Assembly (NCBI GenBank): GCA_965208655.1
Contig: CBDBPJ010000006.1
Location: forward strand, 259,839 to 323,838
Direction of reading: 5' to 3'
DNA from: Gammaproteobacteria bacterium
GTDB lineage: Bacteria; Pseudomonadota; Gammaproteobacteria; Eutrophobiales; Eutrophobiaceae
Length of the DNA stretch: 64,000 nt
Shown one piece after another: positions 1 to 10,292 of the stretch (positions are counted from its first letter, which is position 1; each line of letters begins with the position of its first letter). The translations under genes and the position numbers were made by a program. Below the pieces are notes generated by a model, which saw only the letters and a list, made by a program, of their open reading frames with translations, had not been told where the DNA came from and searched no databases.

Positions 1-210
1 TATTACCCGCTGAATTACCGCCTGTTGCGCAGCGGCGGGCTGATGGTTATAGATAACGTGCTGTGGGGAGGCGACGTGGCCGACCCGGACAACCAGACTG
101 CCGAAACCAATGCCATCCGCGCGTTCAACCGGATGGTGCATGAAGACGACAGGGTAGACATGTGCATGCTGCCTGTCGGCGACGGCATCACCCTGATCAG
201 GAAACGCTGA
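1..210 (+). CDS. C-terminal fragment of class I SAM-dependent O-methyltransferase (caffeoyl-CoA OMT-like); 5' end lies outside the window
   Basis: Frame 1 from nt 1 reads YYPLNYRLLRSGGLMVIDNVLWGGDV...LPVGDGITLIRKR* with the stop at 208-210, a typical O-MT family 3 C-terminus. Only 70 aa are visible. Confidence 0.5.
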   Translation, partial: YYPLNYRLLRSGGLMVIDNVLWGGDVADPDNQTAETNAIRAFNRMVHEDDRVDMCMLPVGDGITLIRKR

Positions 211-213
211 TCC

Positions 214-1596
214 ATGCAACATGATAATACGGTTAACTCCCTGTTGAATGCCGCCGGGCCCGCGCGCGACGTGGCGCTATCCGGCTGGGTCAGGACGAAG
301 CGGGAGGCCAAGGACTTTTCCTTCATCGAACTGAATGACGGCTCCTGCCTGGCGAACATCCAGGTCATCGCCGACGCGGAACTGGACACACTCACGCTCA
401 GGCAGGTCAACACCGGCGCGGCGATCAGGGTGCAGGGGGATTTGGTCGAATCACCCGGCAAGGGCCAGAAATGGGAGATCCGGGCATCTGCCATTGAGGT
501 GATAGGATCAGCGCCGGAAGACTATCCCCTGCAAAAAAAGCGCCATTCCGACGAGTTCCTGCGCACGATTGCCCACCTGCGCCCGCGCACCAACAAGTAC
601 GGCGCCATGTTCCGCATCCGTTCCATGCTGGCACAGGCGGTTCACGGCTTCTTCGGGGAACGCGGCTTCAACTGGATCCATACGCCCATCATCACCGGCG
701 CCGATTGCGAGGGCGCCGGGGAGTTGTTCCGGGTGACCACCCTGGACCTGCAGGAAGTGCCGAAGCACAACGGCGCGGTCGATTTCGCCGAAGACTTCTT
801 CGGCAAGGAGGCGAACCTGACGGTTTCGGGACAACTGGAGGTGGAGGCTTACTGTCTCAGCCTGGGACGCGTGTATACCTTCGGCCCGACGTTCCGGGCG
901 GAGAACTCCAATACCTCCCGTCATATCGCCGAGTTCTGGATGATAGAACCGGAGATGGCCTTCGCCAATCTGAACGACAACATGGACCTGGGAGAGGAGT
1001 TGATCCGCTACCTGGTGAACTTCGTGCGGGAGGAGTGCAGCACCGACCTCGACCTGTTCTGCCGCTTCGTCGATAAATCCCTGCCCGCCACACTGGACAA
1101 TATCGCGGACAATGATTTTATCCGTATTCCCTACACTGAAGCCGTCGAAATACTGCAGAATTCGGGACGAAACTTCGAGTTCACACCTGAGTGGGGCAAG
1201 GACCTGCAGTCCGAACACGAGCGCTTCCTGACCGAACAGCATTTCGGGCAACCGGTGATCGTGTTCGATTACCCGAAAGACATCAAGGCATTCTACATGC
1301 GCCAAAATGATGACGGCAGAACCGTCGCGGCCATGGACGTGCTGGTGCCTTCCATCGGCGAGATCATCGGCGGCAGCCAGCGTGAAGAACGTTACGACCA
1401 CCTGTACCGGCGCATCAAGGAGTTGGGGTTCAACCCGGAGGATTACTGGTGGTACCTGGACATGCGCAAGTACGGCAGCGCGCCCCATTGCGGCTTCGGC
1501 CTGGGCTTTGAACGGTTGCTCATGCTGCTGACCGGCGCCGCCAATATAAGGGACGTGATCCCGTTCCCGCGCACTCCCAAAAATCTTGAATTTTAA
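214..1596 (+). CDS. asnS: asparagine--tRNA ligase (class II aaRS)
   Basis: 460 aa. N-terminal OB fold, then class II motifs FRAENSNTSRHIAEFWMIEPEMAF and GGSQREER...GFGLGFERL. The ATG follows the upstream stop by 3 nt. Confidence 0.9.
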   Translation: MQHDNTVNSLLNAAGPARDVALSGWVRTKREAKDFSFIELNDGSCLANIQVIADAELDTLTLRQVNTGAAIRVQGDLVESPGKGQKWEIRASAIEVIGSAPEDYPLQKKRHSDEFLRTIAHLRPRTNKYGAMFRIRSMLAQAVHGFFGERGFNWIHTPIITGADCEGAGELFRVTTLDLQEVPKHNGAVDFAEDFFGKEANLTVSGQLEVEAYCLSLGRVYTFGPTFRAENSNTSRHIAEFWMIEPEMAFANLNDNMDLGEELIRYLVNFVREECSTDLDLFCRFVDKSLPATLDNIADNDFIRIPYTEAVEILQNSGRNFEFTPEWGKDLQSEHERFLTEQHFGQPVIVFDYPKDIKAFYMRQNDDGRTVAAMDVLVPSIGEIIGGSQREERYDHLYRRIKELGFNPEDYWWYLDMRKYGSAPHCGFGLGFERLLMLLTGAANIRDVIPFPRTPKNLEF

Positions 1597-1680
1597 ATTA
1601 CGAATTACGAATGTCGGAGCAAAACACACAGTGACGTAACACCTCCAATTCGTAATTCGTAATTCCTAATTCGTAATTAT
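1597..1680. repeat. Inverted heptamer-repeat hairpin, (ACGAATT)x2 ... (AATTCGT)x4; probable bidirectional terminator/REP-like element
   Basis: aattacgaattacgaat...attcgtaattcgtaattcctaattcgtaatt. The arms are reverse complements separated by about 35 nt. The same heptamer family recurs at 52546-52575 and 63068-63110. Confidence 0.5.
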
Positions 1681-1686
1681 AAAAAA

Positions 1687-3036
1687 GTGCATTTTTTTCA
1701 ATTACTGGCGCGTCCGTTTGTAATATTCGTAGAACGCTACTACCCGGACCCGTTCGTGTTCGTGGTCCTGCTCTCCGTTCTCACTTTCCTGTTGTCCATG
1801 GTGCTGGCCGATGCAACACCGGCCGGCGCCCTGTCCGCCTGGGGTGACGGACTGCCGAGCCTCCTGGCGTTCACCGCCCAGATCTGCATCACCCTGCTGA
1901 CGGCCCACGCCCTGGCCCATACCGACCGGGTGCAGGTCCTGTTAAAGCGCATCGGCAACATCCCGGACAGCGCCGCCGGCGCCTACGCCCTGGTCGCGTT
2001 CAGCGCCGGCATCGGTTCGCTGATTGCCTGGTCGCTGGGGCTGATTGCCGGCGCCACGGTGGCGCGGGAGGTCGCCAGGCAGGCAGTGGCAAGGGGCATA
2101 CGGATACATTACCCGCTGCTGGTCGCGTCCGCGTACGGCGGGTTTGTGATATGGCACATGGGATACTCCTCTTCAGCCGGCCTGTTTGTGGCCACACCGG
2201 GCCATTTGCTGGAAGCTGAGATCGGCATTATCCCCATCACCGATACCGTGTTCACCCTGCATAACGGTTTGCTGGCGTTGATCACCCTGGCGATCGTCAC
2301 AGTTGTCTGTCCGTTGATGCGGCCCCGGGATCAGGACATCATCGAGATCCACCCGGTGCTGCTTGAGGAGCATGCCGAAGAAACCGGCAGCACACCCGGG
2401 CACGGGACATTTGCCGAGTTCCTCGACAGCATGCGCGGCCTCTCGCTGGTCCTCGGCATCGCCCTGTTTGCCTATATCGGCTACAGTTTCTACATCAAGG
2501 GGTTTCACCTCAACCTGAACCTGGTGAACTGGTCGTTTCTCGGCGCCGGCCTGCTGCTGGCCCGTTCGCCATCACATTACGTCCGCCTGATCAACAATGC
2601 GAGTTCGACAATAGGACCGGTACTCATACAATACCCGTTCTATGCGGGCATCCTGGGCATGATGCAGGGCACCGGCCTGGCCGGCATCATTTCGGACTGG
2701 TTTACCTCGATAGCGACCCCGGAAACGCTCAGCTTCTTCGCCTTCCTCTGTGCCGGACTGGTCAATATGTTCATCCCGTCGGGCGGCGGCCAGTGGGCGG
2801 TGCAGGGCCCGATATTCATTGAAGCGGGACAGAACCTGGGGGTGGACCCGTCAATCATCGTGCTGGCCATATCCTACGGCGACCAGTGGACCAACATGAT
2901 CCAGCCGTTCTGGACCATCCCCCTGCTGGCGATCGCAGGACTGCACATGCGCCAGATCATGGGCTACACTTTCGTGATCTTCCTGCTGACACTGTTCCTG
3001 TTCGGTGGGGGGTTGCTGCTGTGGGGGGCGGGCTAG
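1687..3036 (+). CDS. atoE: short-chain fatty acid transporter, AtoE family
   Basis: 449 aa, polytopic. Blocks FPFYAGI, PSGGGQWAVQGP, AISYGDQWTNMIQPFW and LAIAGLHMRQIMGY match E. coli AtoE almost residue for residue. Confidence 0.75.
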   Translation: MHFFQLLARPFVIFVERYYPDPFVFVVLLSVLTFLLSMVLADATPAGALSAWGDGLPSLLAFTAQICITLLTAHALAHTDRVQVLLKRIGNIPDSAAGAYALVAFSAGIGSLIAWSLGLIAGATVAREVARQAVARGIRIHYPLLVASAYGGFVIWHMGYSSSAGLFVATPGHLLEAEIGIIPITDTVFTLHNGLLALITLAIVTVVCPLMRPRDQDIIEIHPVLLEEHAEETGSTPGHGTFAEFLDSMRGLSLVLGIALFAYIGYSFYIKGFHLNLNLVNWSFLGAGLLLARSPSHYVRLINNASSTIGPVLIQYPFYAGILGMMQGTGLAGIISDWFTSIATPETLSFFAFLCAGLVNMFIPSGGGQWAVQGPIFIEAGQNLGVDPSIIVLAISYGDQWTNMIQPFWTIPLLAIAGLHMRQIMGYTFVIFLLTLFLFGGGLLLWGAG

Positions 3037-3038
3037 GC

Positions 3039-5294
3039 TCAGAACGTAAACATCACCTCGCCCCCGATGACCCGCCCCTTGGCCAGGGGCGCGTAGGCGC
3101 CGCCCAGGGGGATGGGTCCCAGCCTTGACGGGAGTTGGGAATCGGCGCCGTGCTTGACTTCATCCAGCAGGTTCTTGCCGTAGACTGAAAACACCCAATG
3201 GCCGCCTTCCGTGTGGAAGTCCAGGCCGGCGTCCAGGATCTTCTGCGACAGGATATAGCCCAGGTTGTTATCGGTGAAGCTCGATTCATCGCGGTAGGAA
3301 TACCTGACCCGTGTGTCCAGATGACCCAAATCACCGACCTGAAGGTGGTGCCTGAGGCCCAGGCTCCAGGTCCATTCCGCGGCGCGGGGCAGGTCCAGGT
3401 CCTTGTCCCGCCCGTCGATCATGCCGTCACTGTTGAGATCGAATTTCACGTCCTTGTAATCGGCATCAAGCCAGCCGACCGAACCGGTAGCCTGGAAGTC
3501 ATCCGTCAGGTTGACAGCGCCGTCCATCTCGATGCCGAGTATTTCAGCGTCCGCGGTATTCTTGACGACCTGTACTACACCGGAGAAGGGATCCGCCAGG
3601 TTGATCTCCCGCTGCATATCTTCGATATCATTGAAAAACAGCGCACCGCTCAGGTAGCCTCGTGTAAAACTGGCCTTGAAGCCGATTTCATAGTTGTCCA
3701 CGGTCTCCTCGCCGAACGGGCCCGGCCCGAGGTTGACGGTATCGATGGCAGTGTTACGCAGGTTGTAGCCGCCGGAACGGAAACCCCGGGTCCAGTGCGC
3801 GTAGATGCGTGCGGTATCGGAAATGTGGTAAGTCATGCCTACCTTGGGAGACCAGCTATCCCACTCTTCAGCGTCGGTAAAATCGTATGGACAGGTGCCG
3901 TCCAGCACGTTGCAAGGCGAGTTCACGTTCCTGACCAGGGTGGCGATCCTGGCCTCCTTCTCCTCGGTTGTGTAGCGCAATCCCGCGCTCAGCGTGATTG
4001 CATCGTTGAGATCATAATCCACGGCCGCAAACACGCCGATGGTTTCCACTTCGTATTCGCCGCCGCCGTCCTGGAGCAGCGCCGGAGAGCCGTCCGGCGT
4101 CAGCAGGCCCAGCAGGTTGCGCCGTTCGTGGTAGTTGATATCGTTGTTGAAATAGTACACTCCCGTGGTCAGGTTGACGCGTTCGGCGAACACGCCGTGA
4201 TAGCGCAGTTCGTTGCTTACCTGTTCTATGTCCTGGGACGCGCCACCGTGGAACAGGCTGACAGGTTGGGCATCGATATCGCTCAGCAACTCCGATTCGT
4301 AACTTCGATATCCGAAAATATTGGTAATCACACCGTTTTCGCCAACCTCCAGATTCATTTCCGCCGCCACAAAATGTGTTTCCGAATCCTGGAAACCTTC
4401 CCCGTCTATGGAGAAATCATGGCTGTCGCGGTCAAAGTTGGCCGGCTTCCCGTCGATCCCGAGACCGTTGGTATGCGTCTGCGAGGCGGAACCGTCGCCT
4501 TCGGTTTCGCTGTACTGGTAGCGCAGCACCAGTTCCATCCGTTCAGTGGGTCTCCAGACCACGACAGGACGTACCATCACCTGTTCCAGGGCGCCGAAAT
4601 CAGCGCCGGTCAGCTTGTTCTCGAACCAGCCATCGTCATCGTTGTAGTAAGCCGTAATACCAACGCTGAGGCTATCACTGACCGGCCCCCCAAAACTACC
4701 CATCAGGTACTTGTTCAACCCGCCATCACCGCCGCCGTCCAGCGCGGTGCGCACGCGGGCCTCGAACTCGTCTCCGGGTTTCCTGGTATTCACCAGGATG
4801 GCGCCGCCGGTAACGTTACGCCCGAACAGGATGCCCTGGGGTCCGCGCAGCACTTCGATGCTTTCCAGGTTGAAGGTATCGAACGCGGCGCCGGTGTTCG
4901 ATCCGATATATACGCCATCCACAAAAATACCCACGGTGGGGTCGATGGAGGGAATGGAACTGTTTATCCCCAGTCCGCGTATGGAAAAGTTGCTAATTCC
5001 CCTGGCGGTACCGACTTCATCCAGGGCCACGTTGGGCATGCTCACCGCCAGGTCGGTCAGGCCGCGCAGTTTGCGCGCCTCGATCTGGTCGGCCCCCAGC
5101 GCTGTGATAGAAAGCGGCGCGTCCAGTACCGTTTCCTCGCGCTTGCGCGCCGTGACTACCACCTCTTCCAGCAGGGGGACCATATCGCTGTGTTGCCGGG
5201 AACTCTGTGCACCGGCAGATCCCGTAGCGAGTGCGCCGCTCATGATCATCAGGGCAACGAGTATGGGTGAGAAATAACTGTTGTGATTGGTCAT
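3039..5294 (-). CDS. TonB-dependent outer-membrane receptor
   Basis: 751 aa. Signal peptide, plug-domain motif EEVVVTARKREE...DAPLSIT, long beta-barrel, terminal aromatic ...GGEVMFTF. Convergent with atoE. Confidence 0.85.
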   Translation of the reverse strand: MTNHNSYFSPILVALMIMSGALATGSAGAQSSRQHSDMVPLLEEVVVTARKREETVLDAPLSITALGADQIEARKLRGLTDLAVSMPNVALDEVGTARGISNFSIRGLGINSSIPSIDPTVGIFVDGVYIGSNTGAAFDTFNLESIEVLRGPQGILFGRNVTGGAILVNTRKPGDEFEARVRTALDGGGDGGLNKYLMGSFGGPVSDSLSVGITAYYNDDDGWFENKLTGADFGALEQVMVRPVVVWRPTERMELVLRYQYSETEGDGSASQTHTNGLGIDGKPANFDRDSHDFSIDGEGFQDSETHFVAAEMNLEVGENGVITNIFGYRSYESELLSDIDAQPVSLFHGGASQDIEQVSNELRYHGVFAERVNLTTGVYYFNNDINYHERRNLLGLLTPDGSPALLQDGGGEYEVETIGVFAAVDYDLNDAITLSAGLRYTTEEKEARIATLVRNVNSPCNVLDGTCPYDFTDAEEWDSWSPKVGMTYHISDTARIYAHWTRGFRSGGYNLRNTAIDTVNLGPGPFGEETVDNYEIGFKASFTRGYLSGALFFNDIEDMQREINLADPFSGVVQVVKNTADAEILGIEMDGAVNLTDDFQATGSVGWLDADYKDVKFDLNSDGMIDGRDKDLDLPRAAEWTWSLGLRHHLQVGDLGHLDTRVRYSYRDESSFTDNNLGYILSQKILDAGLDFHTEGGHWVFSVYGKNLLDEVKHGADSQLPSRLGPIPLGGAYAPLAKGRVIGGEVMFTF

Positions 5295-5425
5295 GTTATC
5301 TGACCGCCGGGAAATTTCGCATTAATATTGTAGTAGCATATTATGCCGTAATCCAAGATTATGCCAGGTAGAAATACTTGAGGTCAGAGTAAAAATACAG
5401 AGGAATTGGGGTCAGGCCCCAAGCA

Positions 5426-7339
5426 TTATTCGTGCCGGCGAAAAAATGCCTCGATGGCGCCCAATTCCCGGGTATGCGTTATCTGCGGCAGGCTGTTCAG
5501 GAAAATCCTGCCGTAGGGCCTGGTCCTCAACCTGGGGTCGCCGATCATCAGCACCCCGTAATCGCTCCGGTCCCGCAGCAGGCGGCCGATGCCCTGCTTC
5601 AGCGCGATGACCGCCTCCGGAACCTGGTAATCCATGAACGGGTTTTTCCCCTGCTCTGCCATCTGTCTTAATCTTGCCCGCAATACCGGGTCATCGGGCG
5701 CGGCGAACGGCAGCTTATCGATAATGACGCAGGACAGGGCCTGCCCCCTGACATCGACACCTTCCCAGAAACTGCTGGTGCCCAGCAACACTGCGTGGGG
5801 GGTGGTCCTGAACGTTTCCAGCAGTTCGGTACGCGGAGCATCACCCTGCACCAGGATGGGAAAATCCAGTGCTGCGCTGATTAACTGCGCTGCTGCGCGC
5901 AGCGCGCGATGGCTGGTAAACAGGAAAAAGGCCCTGCCCCTGGTGAGGCGCAACAGCGGGATCGATTCTTCGACCACCGCTTCGGTATATCCGGGTGTTC
6001 CGGGATCAGGCAAACCCCGGGGTGAATACAACACGGACTGGGTATTGAAATTAAACGGGCTATCCCAACTCCGGGCCTCGACATCTTCCAGCCCCAGTTG
6101 TGTCGAAAAATGGTCAAACCGGCGGTTTACGCTCAGGGTGGCCGAGGTGAAGATACTCAGGCAATCGTAATCGCTCATGCGCGTGCGGAATACGTCGGCA
6201 ATATCCAGGGGCGTGCGGTGCAGGAGAAACCCGTTGCCGCGCAGTTCCAGCCAGCGGACGTATTCACCTTCCTCCGTTTCACCGAACTGCTCTATAAAGG
6301 CTGACAACGCCGCAACCCGTTTGTGACAGTTATCCAGCGACTTGCCCCTGCCGGCGAAATCCTCCAGCACCTGGTGGACGTCGGCCATCTTCTCCAGCAG
6401 GGTTGACAAGGCGGCGGAGACCTCCGCCGTGTCCTTCAGTTCGGACCAGGCAACCCGGTTGTCCTTTCCCGGAAAACTCAGGCGCAGGTCGCGCACTGCT
6501 TTTTCACAGCGGTCCAGCATCTCCGGGAAACCGGGCAGGTCTGTTGCTTCCTCAAAATAAGCCGTCCTGGAATCGGCCACCAGTTCCAGCAGTTGCCTGC
6601 CGCTCAGGGTCTCGCTGAAGAACTGTGACGCCAGTTCCGGCAACTGGTGCGCCTCGTCGAAGACCACCACCTCCGCGCTCGGCAGCAACTCGCCATAACC
6701 GGCCTCCTTCAAAACCATGTCCGCCAGGAACAGGTGGTGGTTGACCACGGCCAGGTCCGCGTCCGCGGCGCGCCGGCGGGCGCGGAACACGAAACAGTCA
6801 TCGTAATAATCACATTCCTGGCCCAGGCAGTTATCGACGCTGGATATGCAGGCGGACCTGACGGCAGCATCCTCAGGGATGTGGGTCAACTCGGCCAGGT
6901 CGCCGCTGTCCGTGCGTTGCGACCAGTCCCGTATATCGAACAGGAAACTCCGCCCCTGCCGGTCCAGCCGGCGCGAGTCGGCTTCCGCCAGTTTCATCCG
7001 GTACAGGCACAGGTAATTGGCCCGGCCCTTCAGCAATGCAACATTGAGCGGCCTCCCGACCGCTTTGCGTACCAGGGGCAGGTCCCGGGTAAACAACTGG
7101 TCCTGCAGGTGCCGGGTACCGGTGGAGATAATGACCTTGTAGCCGGACTGCAGCGCCGGGACCAGGTAGGCAAAGGTTTTGCCGGTGCCGGTGCCGGCTT
7201 CGCAGACGAGCGACTCGCGTTTGTCTATGGCCTCCCCGATCGCCTCGGCCATCTCGACCTGCTGGGGCCGGATGGTGAAATCGGGTATCAGTTCCGCCAG
7301 GGCGCCGTCTTCACCGAGGATGTCTGTGGGGGTTTGCAT
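5426..7339 (-). CDS. yoaA: ATP-dependent DNA helicase, DinG/YoaA (Rad3-like) family
   Basis: 637 aa. Walker A CEAGTGTGKTFAYLVPAL, DEAH-box region VVFDEAHQL, conserved Cys cluster of the FeS helicase domain. The length matches YoaA (636 aa) rather than DinG (716 aa). Confidence 0.8.
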   Translation of the reverse strand: MQTPTDILGEDGALAELIPDFTIRPQQVEMAEAIGEAIDKRESLVCEAGTGTGKTFAYLVPALQSGYKVIISTGTRHLQDQLFTRDLPLVRKAVGRPLNVALLKGRANYLCLYRMKLAEADSRRLDRQGRSFLFDIRDWSQRTDSGDLAELTHIPEDAAVRSACISSVDNCLGQECDYYDDCFVFRARRRAADADLAVVNHHLFLADMVLKEAGYGELLPSAEVVVFDEAHQLPELASQFFSETLSGRQLLELVADSRTAYFEEATDLPGFPEMLDRCEKAVRDLRLSFPGKDNRVAWSELKDTAEVSAALSTLLEKMADVHQVLEDFAGRGKSLDNCHKRVAALSAFIEQFGETEEGEYVRWLELRGNGFLLHRTPLDIADVFRTRMSDYDCLSIFTSATLSVNRRFDHFSTQLGLEDVEARSWDSPFNFNTQSVLYSPRGLPDPGTPGYTEAVVEESIPLLRLTRGRAFFLFTSHRALRAAAQLISAALDFPILVQGDAPRTELLETFRTTPHAVLLGTSSFWEGVDVRGQALSCVIIDKLPFAAPDDPVLRARLRQMAEQGKNPFMDYQVPEAVIALKQGIGRLLRDRSDYGVLMIGDPRLRTRPYGRIFLNSLPQITHTRELGAIEAFFRRHE

Positions 7340-7355
7340 TTACATCATATCCACT

Positions 7356-7384
7356 GGGTTCCCGCGTAGGCGGGAACGACGGTC
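7356..7384. repeat. REP/dRS3-like palindromic element (family: CGTCRTTCCYGC-N4-GCRGGAAYCC)
   Basis: gggttcccgcgtaggcgggaacgacggtc lies between the efp stop and the yoaA start. Same family as copies at 12199, 22632, 30388, 32819 and 46653. Confidence 0.6.
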
Positions 7385-7388
7385 ATGG

Positions 7389-7958
7389 TCAGGTCTTGAC
7401 GCGGCTCACATACTCGCCCGTGCGGGTATCCACCTTGATTTTCTCGTCCTGCTCGACGAACAAGGGCACTTTGACCGTGGCGCCGGTTTCCAGGGTGGCG
7501 GGTTTCGTGCCGCCGGCGGCGGTGTCGCCGCGCACCCCCGGATCGGTCTCCGTGATCCTGAGTTCGACAAAGTTGGGCGGCTGGACGCTCAGGGGCGCGC
7601 CGTTCCACAGGGTCACCCCGCATAACTCCTCTCCCGTCAGCCACTGGCCGGTATCTCCCATTACCGTTCTGCCCGCTTCGATCTGCTCATAACTGCTCAT
7701 GTCCATGAAATGCCATGTCTCGCCATCGTTGTAGAGGTACTGCAACTCCACGTCCATTACGTCAGCCGCGGGTACGCTGTCACCCGACTTGTAGGTCTTC
7801 TCCAGCACCCTGCCCGTCTTCAGGTTGCGTATCTTGATGCGGGTGAACGCCTGACCCTTGCCCGGCTTGACAAACTCGCTCTCAAGAATATTGCAGGGAT
7901 CGCCGTCGATGGTCAGTTTCAGACCCGGCTTGAATTCATTGGTACTGTGGTTAACCAT
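7389..7958 (-). CDS. efp: elongation factor P
   Basis: Internal ATG (complement of 7956-7958) gives [22 protein letters not shown]...[30 protein letters not shown], a canonical 190-aa EF-P. The longer ORF to 8048 has a 30-aa non-homologous extension. Confidence 0.9.
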   Translation of the reverse strand: MVNHSTNEFKPGLKLTIDGDPCNILESEFVKPGKGQAFTRIKIRNLKTGRVLEKTYKSGDSVPAADVMDVELQYLYNDGETWHFMDMSSYEQIEAGRTVMGDTGQWLTGEELCGVTLWNGAPLSVQPPNFVELRITETDPGVRGDTAAGGTKPATLETGATVKVPLFVEQDEKIKVDTRTGEYVSRVKT

Positions 7959-7971
7959 GTGCTGTGTACAT

Positions 7972-10224
7972 TTACTTTTTCGGTTTGATGGTTGACACCT
8001 GCCGGTAGCCGCGCGGCAGGACGTTGCCGCGGCGGCCACGCTCGCCATGATAATGGTTCCAGTCCTTGGGTTTCAAGGTCAGGTGGCGCCTGCCGGATTC
8101 GAGGTGCAGCTTGTCTTTTCTGCCGAACACGGTGAGCGCAACCAGGAATTCCTCCCGGCTCTTCAGCCTGGCGGGCGGTATCTGCATTACCTTGACCCCC
8201 TTGCCCCTGGCCAGTTGCGGAAACTCGGTCAGGTCAGTCACCAGCAGGCGGCCCTCGGAACTGACGGCGGCCACCAGGTCCTGTTTCCGGTCAGAAACCG
8301 GCACGGGGGGCAGTACCTGCGCAGACTGCGGTACGTTCAGCACGGCCTTGCCGGCTTTTGCCTTGGCGTACAGGTCGCCCAGGCTGGCGACGAAGCCGTA
8401 ACCGGCGTCGGTGGAAAGGAAATACAACTGGCCGCTATCACCCAGCATGACGCCGTTGAACACGGCGCCGTCCGGCGGCGTCACCCAGCTTGACACAGGT
8501 TCGCCGTGGCTGCGCGCCGAGGGCAATATGTGCGAGGCGATGGAATAACAGCGCCCGGTCGAATCCAGGAACACGGCAAACTGGTTGCTGCGACCCATAG
8601 CGGCCTGCCTGAAACCGTCGCCGGCCCGGTAAGTCAGGGTCTGCGGGTCGATATCGTGGCCTTTCGCGGCCCGGACCCAGCCCTTCTCCGACAGGATGAC
8701 CGTAACCTGCTCCGTCGGCATCAACTGGGTTTCATCCATGGCCCTGGCTTCCTCCCGTTGTTCCAGGGGCGAGCGCCGCGCATCGCCGAACTTTTCCATG
8801 TCAGCGCTGATTTCCCCTTTCACCAGGGTTTTCAGACGGGTATCCGAACCCAGCATCTGCTGCAACGACTCCCTTTCTTCCTGCAACTTGTCCAGTTCGC
8901 CGCGAATTTTTATCTCCTCCAGCTTCGCCAGGCGCCGTAACCTGAGGTCGAGGATGGCCTCCGCCTGGGTGTCCGACAACCGGAAGCGCTGCATCAACTG
9001 CTGTTTGGGTTCGTCCTCTTCGCGCACGATCCGGATCACCTCGTCGATGTTCAGGTAAGCCGTCATCAGGCCTTCCAGGACATGGATGCGCTGCTGCACC
9101 TGTTCCAGGCGGTATTGCAGGCGCCGGCGCACCGTTTCCGTGCGGTACTGCAGCCACTCCTGCAGGATGGCCTTGAGGTCCTTGACCTGGGGACGCCCGT
9201 TGATCCCGATCATGTTCAGGTTGACCCGGTAACTGCGCTCCAGGTCCGTGGTGGCGAACAGGTGCGACATCAGTTCCGCCAGGTTGACCCGGTTGGAGCG
9301 CGGGATAAATACCAGGCGGGTCGGGTTTTCGTGGTCGGATTCGTCGCGCAGGTCCTCCAGCATCGGCAGTTTCTTTGCCTGCATCTGCGCCGCCACCTGT
9401 TCCAGGATACGGTTGCCGGAGGTCTGGTAAGGCAACGCGGTCACTATGACGTTGCCGCTTTCCTTCTCCCATGTGGCCCGCAGTTTCACGGAACCGGTGC
9501 CGTTGCGGTAGATCTCCAGGAGTTCTTCAGCGGGCGTGATGATCTCGGCCTCGGTGGGAAAGTCCGGGCCCTTGACGTATTCGAACAAATCCTCGATCGT
9601 GCTCCGGGGCCGGTCCAGCAGGCGGATACAGGCGCCGGCCACCTCTCTGAGGTTATGGGGCGGGATATCGGTCGCCATGCCGACGGCAATCCCCGTGCCC
9701 CCGTTCAGCAGGATGTTGGGTAGCCGCGCCGGCAACAGTTTCGGCTCCTTCAGGGTGCCGTCAAAATTGGGCACCCAGTCAACGGTACCCTGCCCCAGTT
9801 CCGCCAGCAATACCTGGCTGTAGGGCTTAAGCCTGGATTCCGTGTAGCGCATGGCCGCGAACGACTTGGGATCGTCCATGGAACCCCAGTTGCCCTGGCC
9901 GTCGACGATGGGATAACGGTAGCTGAACTCCTGCGCCATCAGCACCATGGCCTCGTAACAGGCGCTATCCCCGTGGGGATGGAACTTGCCGATGACGTCC
10001 CCCACCGTGCGCGCCGATTTCTTGAACTTGGCGGTTGCGCTCAGGCCCAGTTCCGACATGGCGTAGACGATGCGCCGCTGTACCGGCTTCAATCCATCGC
10101 CGATATGGGGGAGGGCCCGGTCGAGGATGACATACATGGAGTATTCCAGGTATGCTTTTTCGGTAAATTCATATAACGGCTGGGTTTCGTTCTGCTCGAA
10201 ATCCAGGATGAGATTTTCCGGCAT
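7972..10224 (-). CDS. parC: DNA topoisomerase IV subunit A
   Basis: 750 aa. N-terminus [44 protein letters not shown] is the ParC/GyrA signature. Length and pairing with parE favour ParC (E. coli 752 aa). Confidence 0.85.
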   Translation of the reverse strand: MPENLILDFEQNETQPLYEFTEKAYLEYSMYVILDRALPHIGDGLKPVQRRIVYAMSELGLSATAKFKKSARTVGDVIGKFHPHGDSACYEAMVLMAQEFSYRYPIVDGQGNWGSMDDPKSFAAMRYTESRLKPYSQVLLAELGQGTVDWVPNFDGTLKEPKLLPARLPNILLNGGTGIAVGMATDIPPHNLREVAGACIRLLDRPRSTIEDLFEYVKGPDFPTEAEIITPAEELLEIYRNGTGSVKLRATWEKESGNVIVTALPYQTSGNRILEQVAAQMQAKKLPMLEDLRDESDHENPTRLVFIPRSNRVNLAELMSHLFATTDLERSYRVNLNMIGINGRPQVKDLKAILQEWLQYRTETVRRRLQYRLEQVQQRIHVLEGLMTAYLNIDEVIRIVREEDEPKQQLMQRFRLSDTQAEAILDLRLRRLAKLEEIKIRGELDKLQEERESLQQMLGSDTRLKTLVKGEISADMEKFGDARRSPLEQREEARAMDETQLMPTEQVTVILSEKGWVRAAKGHDIDPQTLTYRAGDGFRQAAMGRSNQFAVFLDSTGRCYSIASHILPSARSHGEPVSSWVTPPDGAVFNGVMLGDSGQLYFLSTDAGYGFVASLGDLYAKAKAGKAVLNVPQSAQVLPPVPVSDRKQDLVAAVSSEGRLLVTDLTEFPQLARGKGVKVMQIPPARLKSREEFLVALTVFGRKDKLHLESGRRHLTLKPKDWNHYHGERGRRGNVLPRGYRQVSTIKPKK

Positions 10225-10292
10225 TTAGCGGTCCCTCTGGCGGAGTAAATCAGTATCAGGCAATCTACGGATTTCTGCCCGGGGTGTCAACT

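Noticed and set aside
508-1629. 373-aa minus-strand ORF
   Set aside because: Antisense to asnS, which has unambiguous class II aaRS motifs.
3198-5270. 690-aa plus-strand ORF
   Set aside because: Entirely antisense to the TonB-dependent receptor gene. Low-complexity Val/Gly/Ala/Arg-rich translation typical of high-GC antisense frames, with no motifs.
5426-7339. DinG-family helicase as part of a defence system
   Set aside because: Size (637 aa) and sequence fit housekeeping YoaA. It is flanked by efp/parC/parE core genes with no partner nuclease.
6647-7369. 240-aa plus-strand ORF (and 5634-6170)
   Set aside because: Antisense to the yoaA/dinG helicase gene. No recognisable domains.
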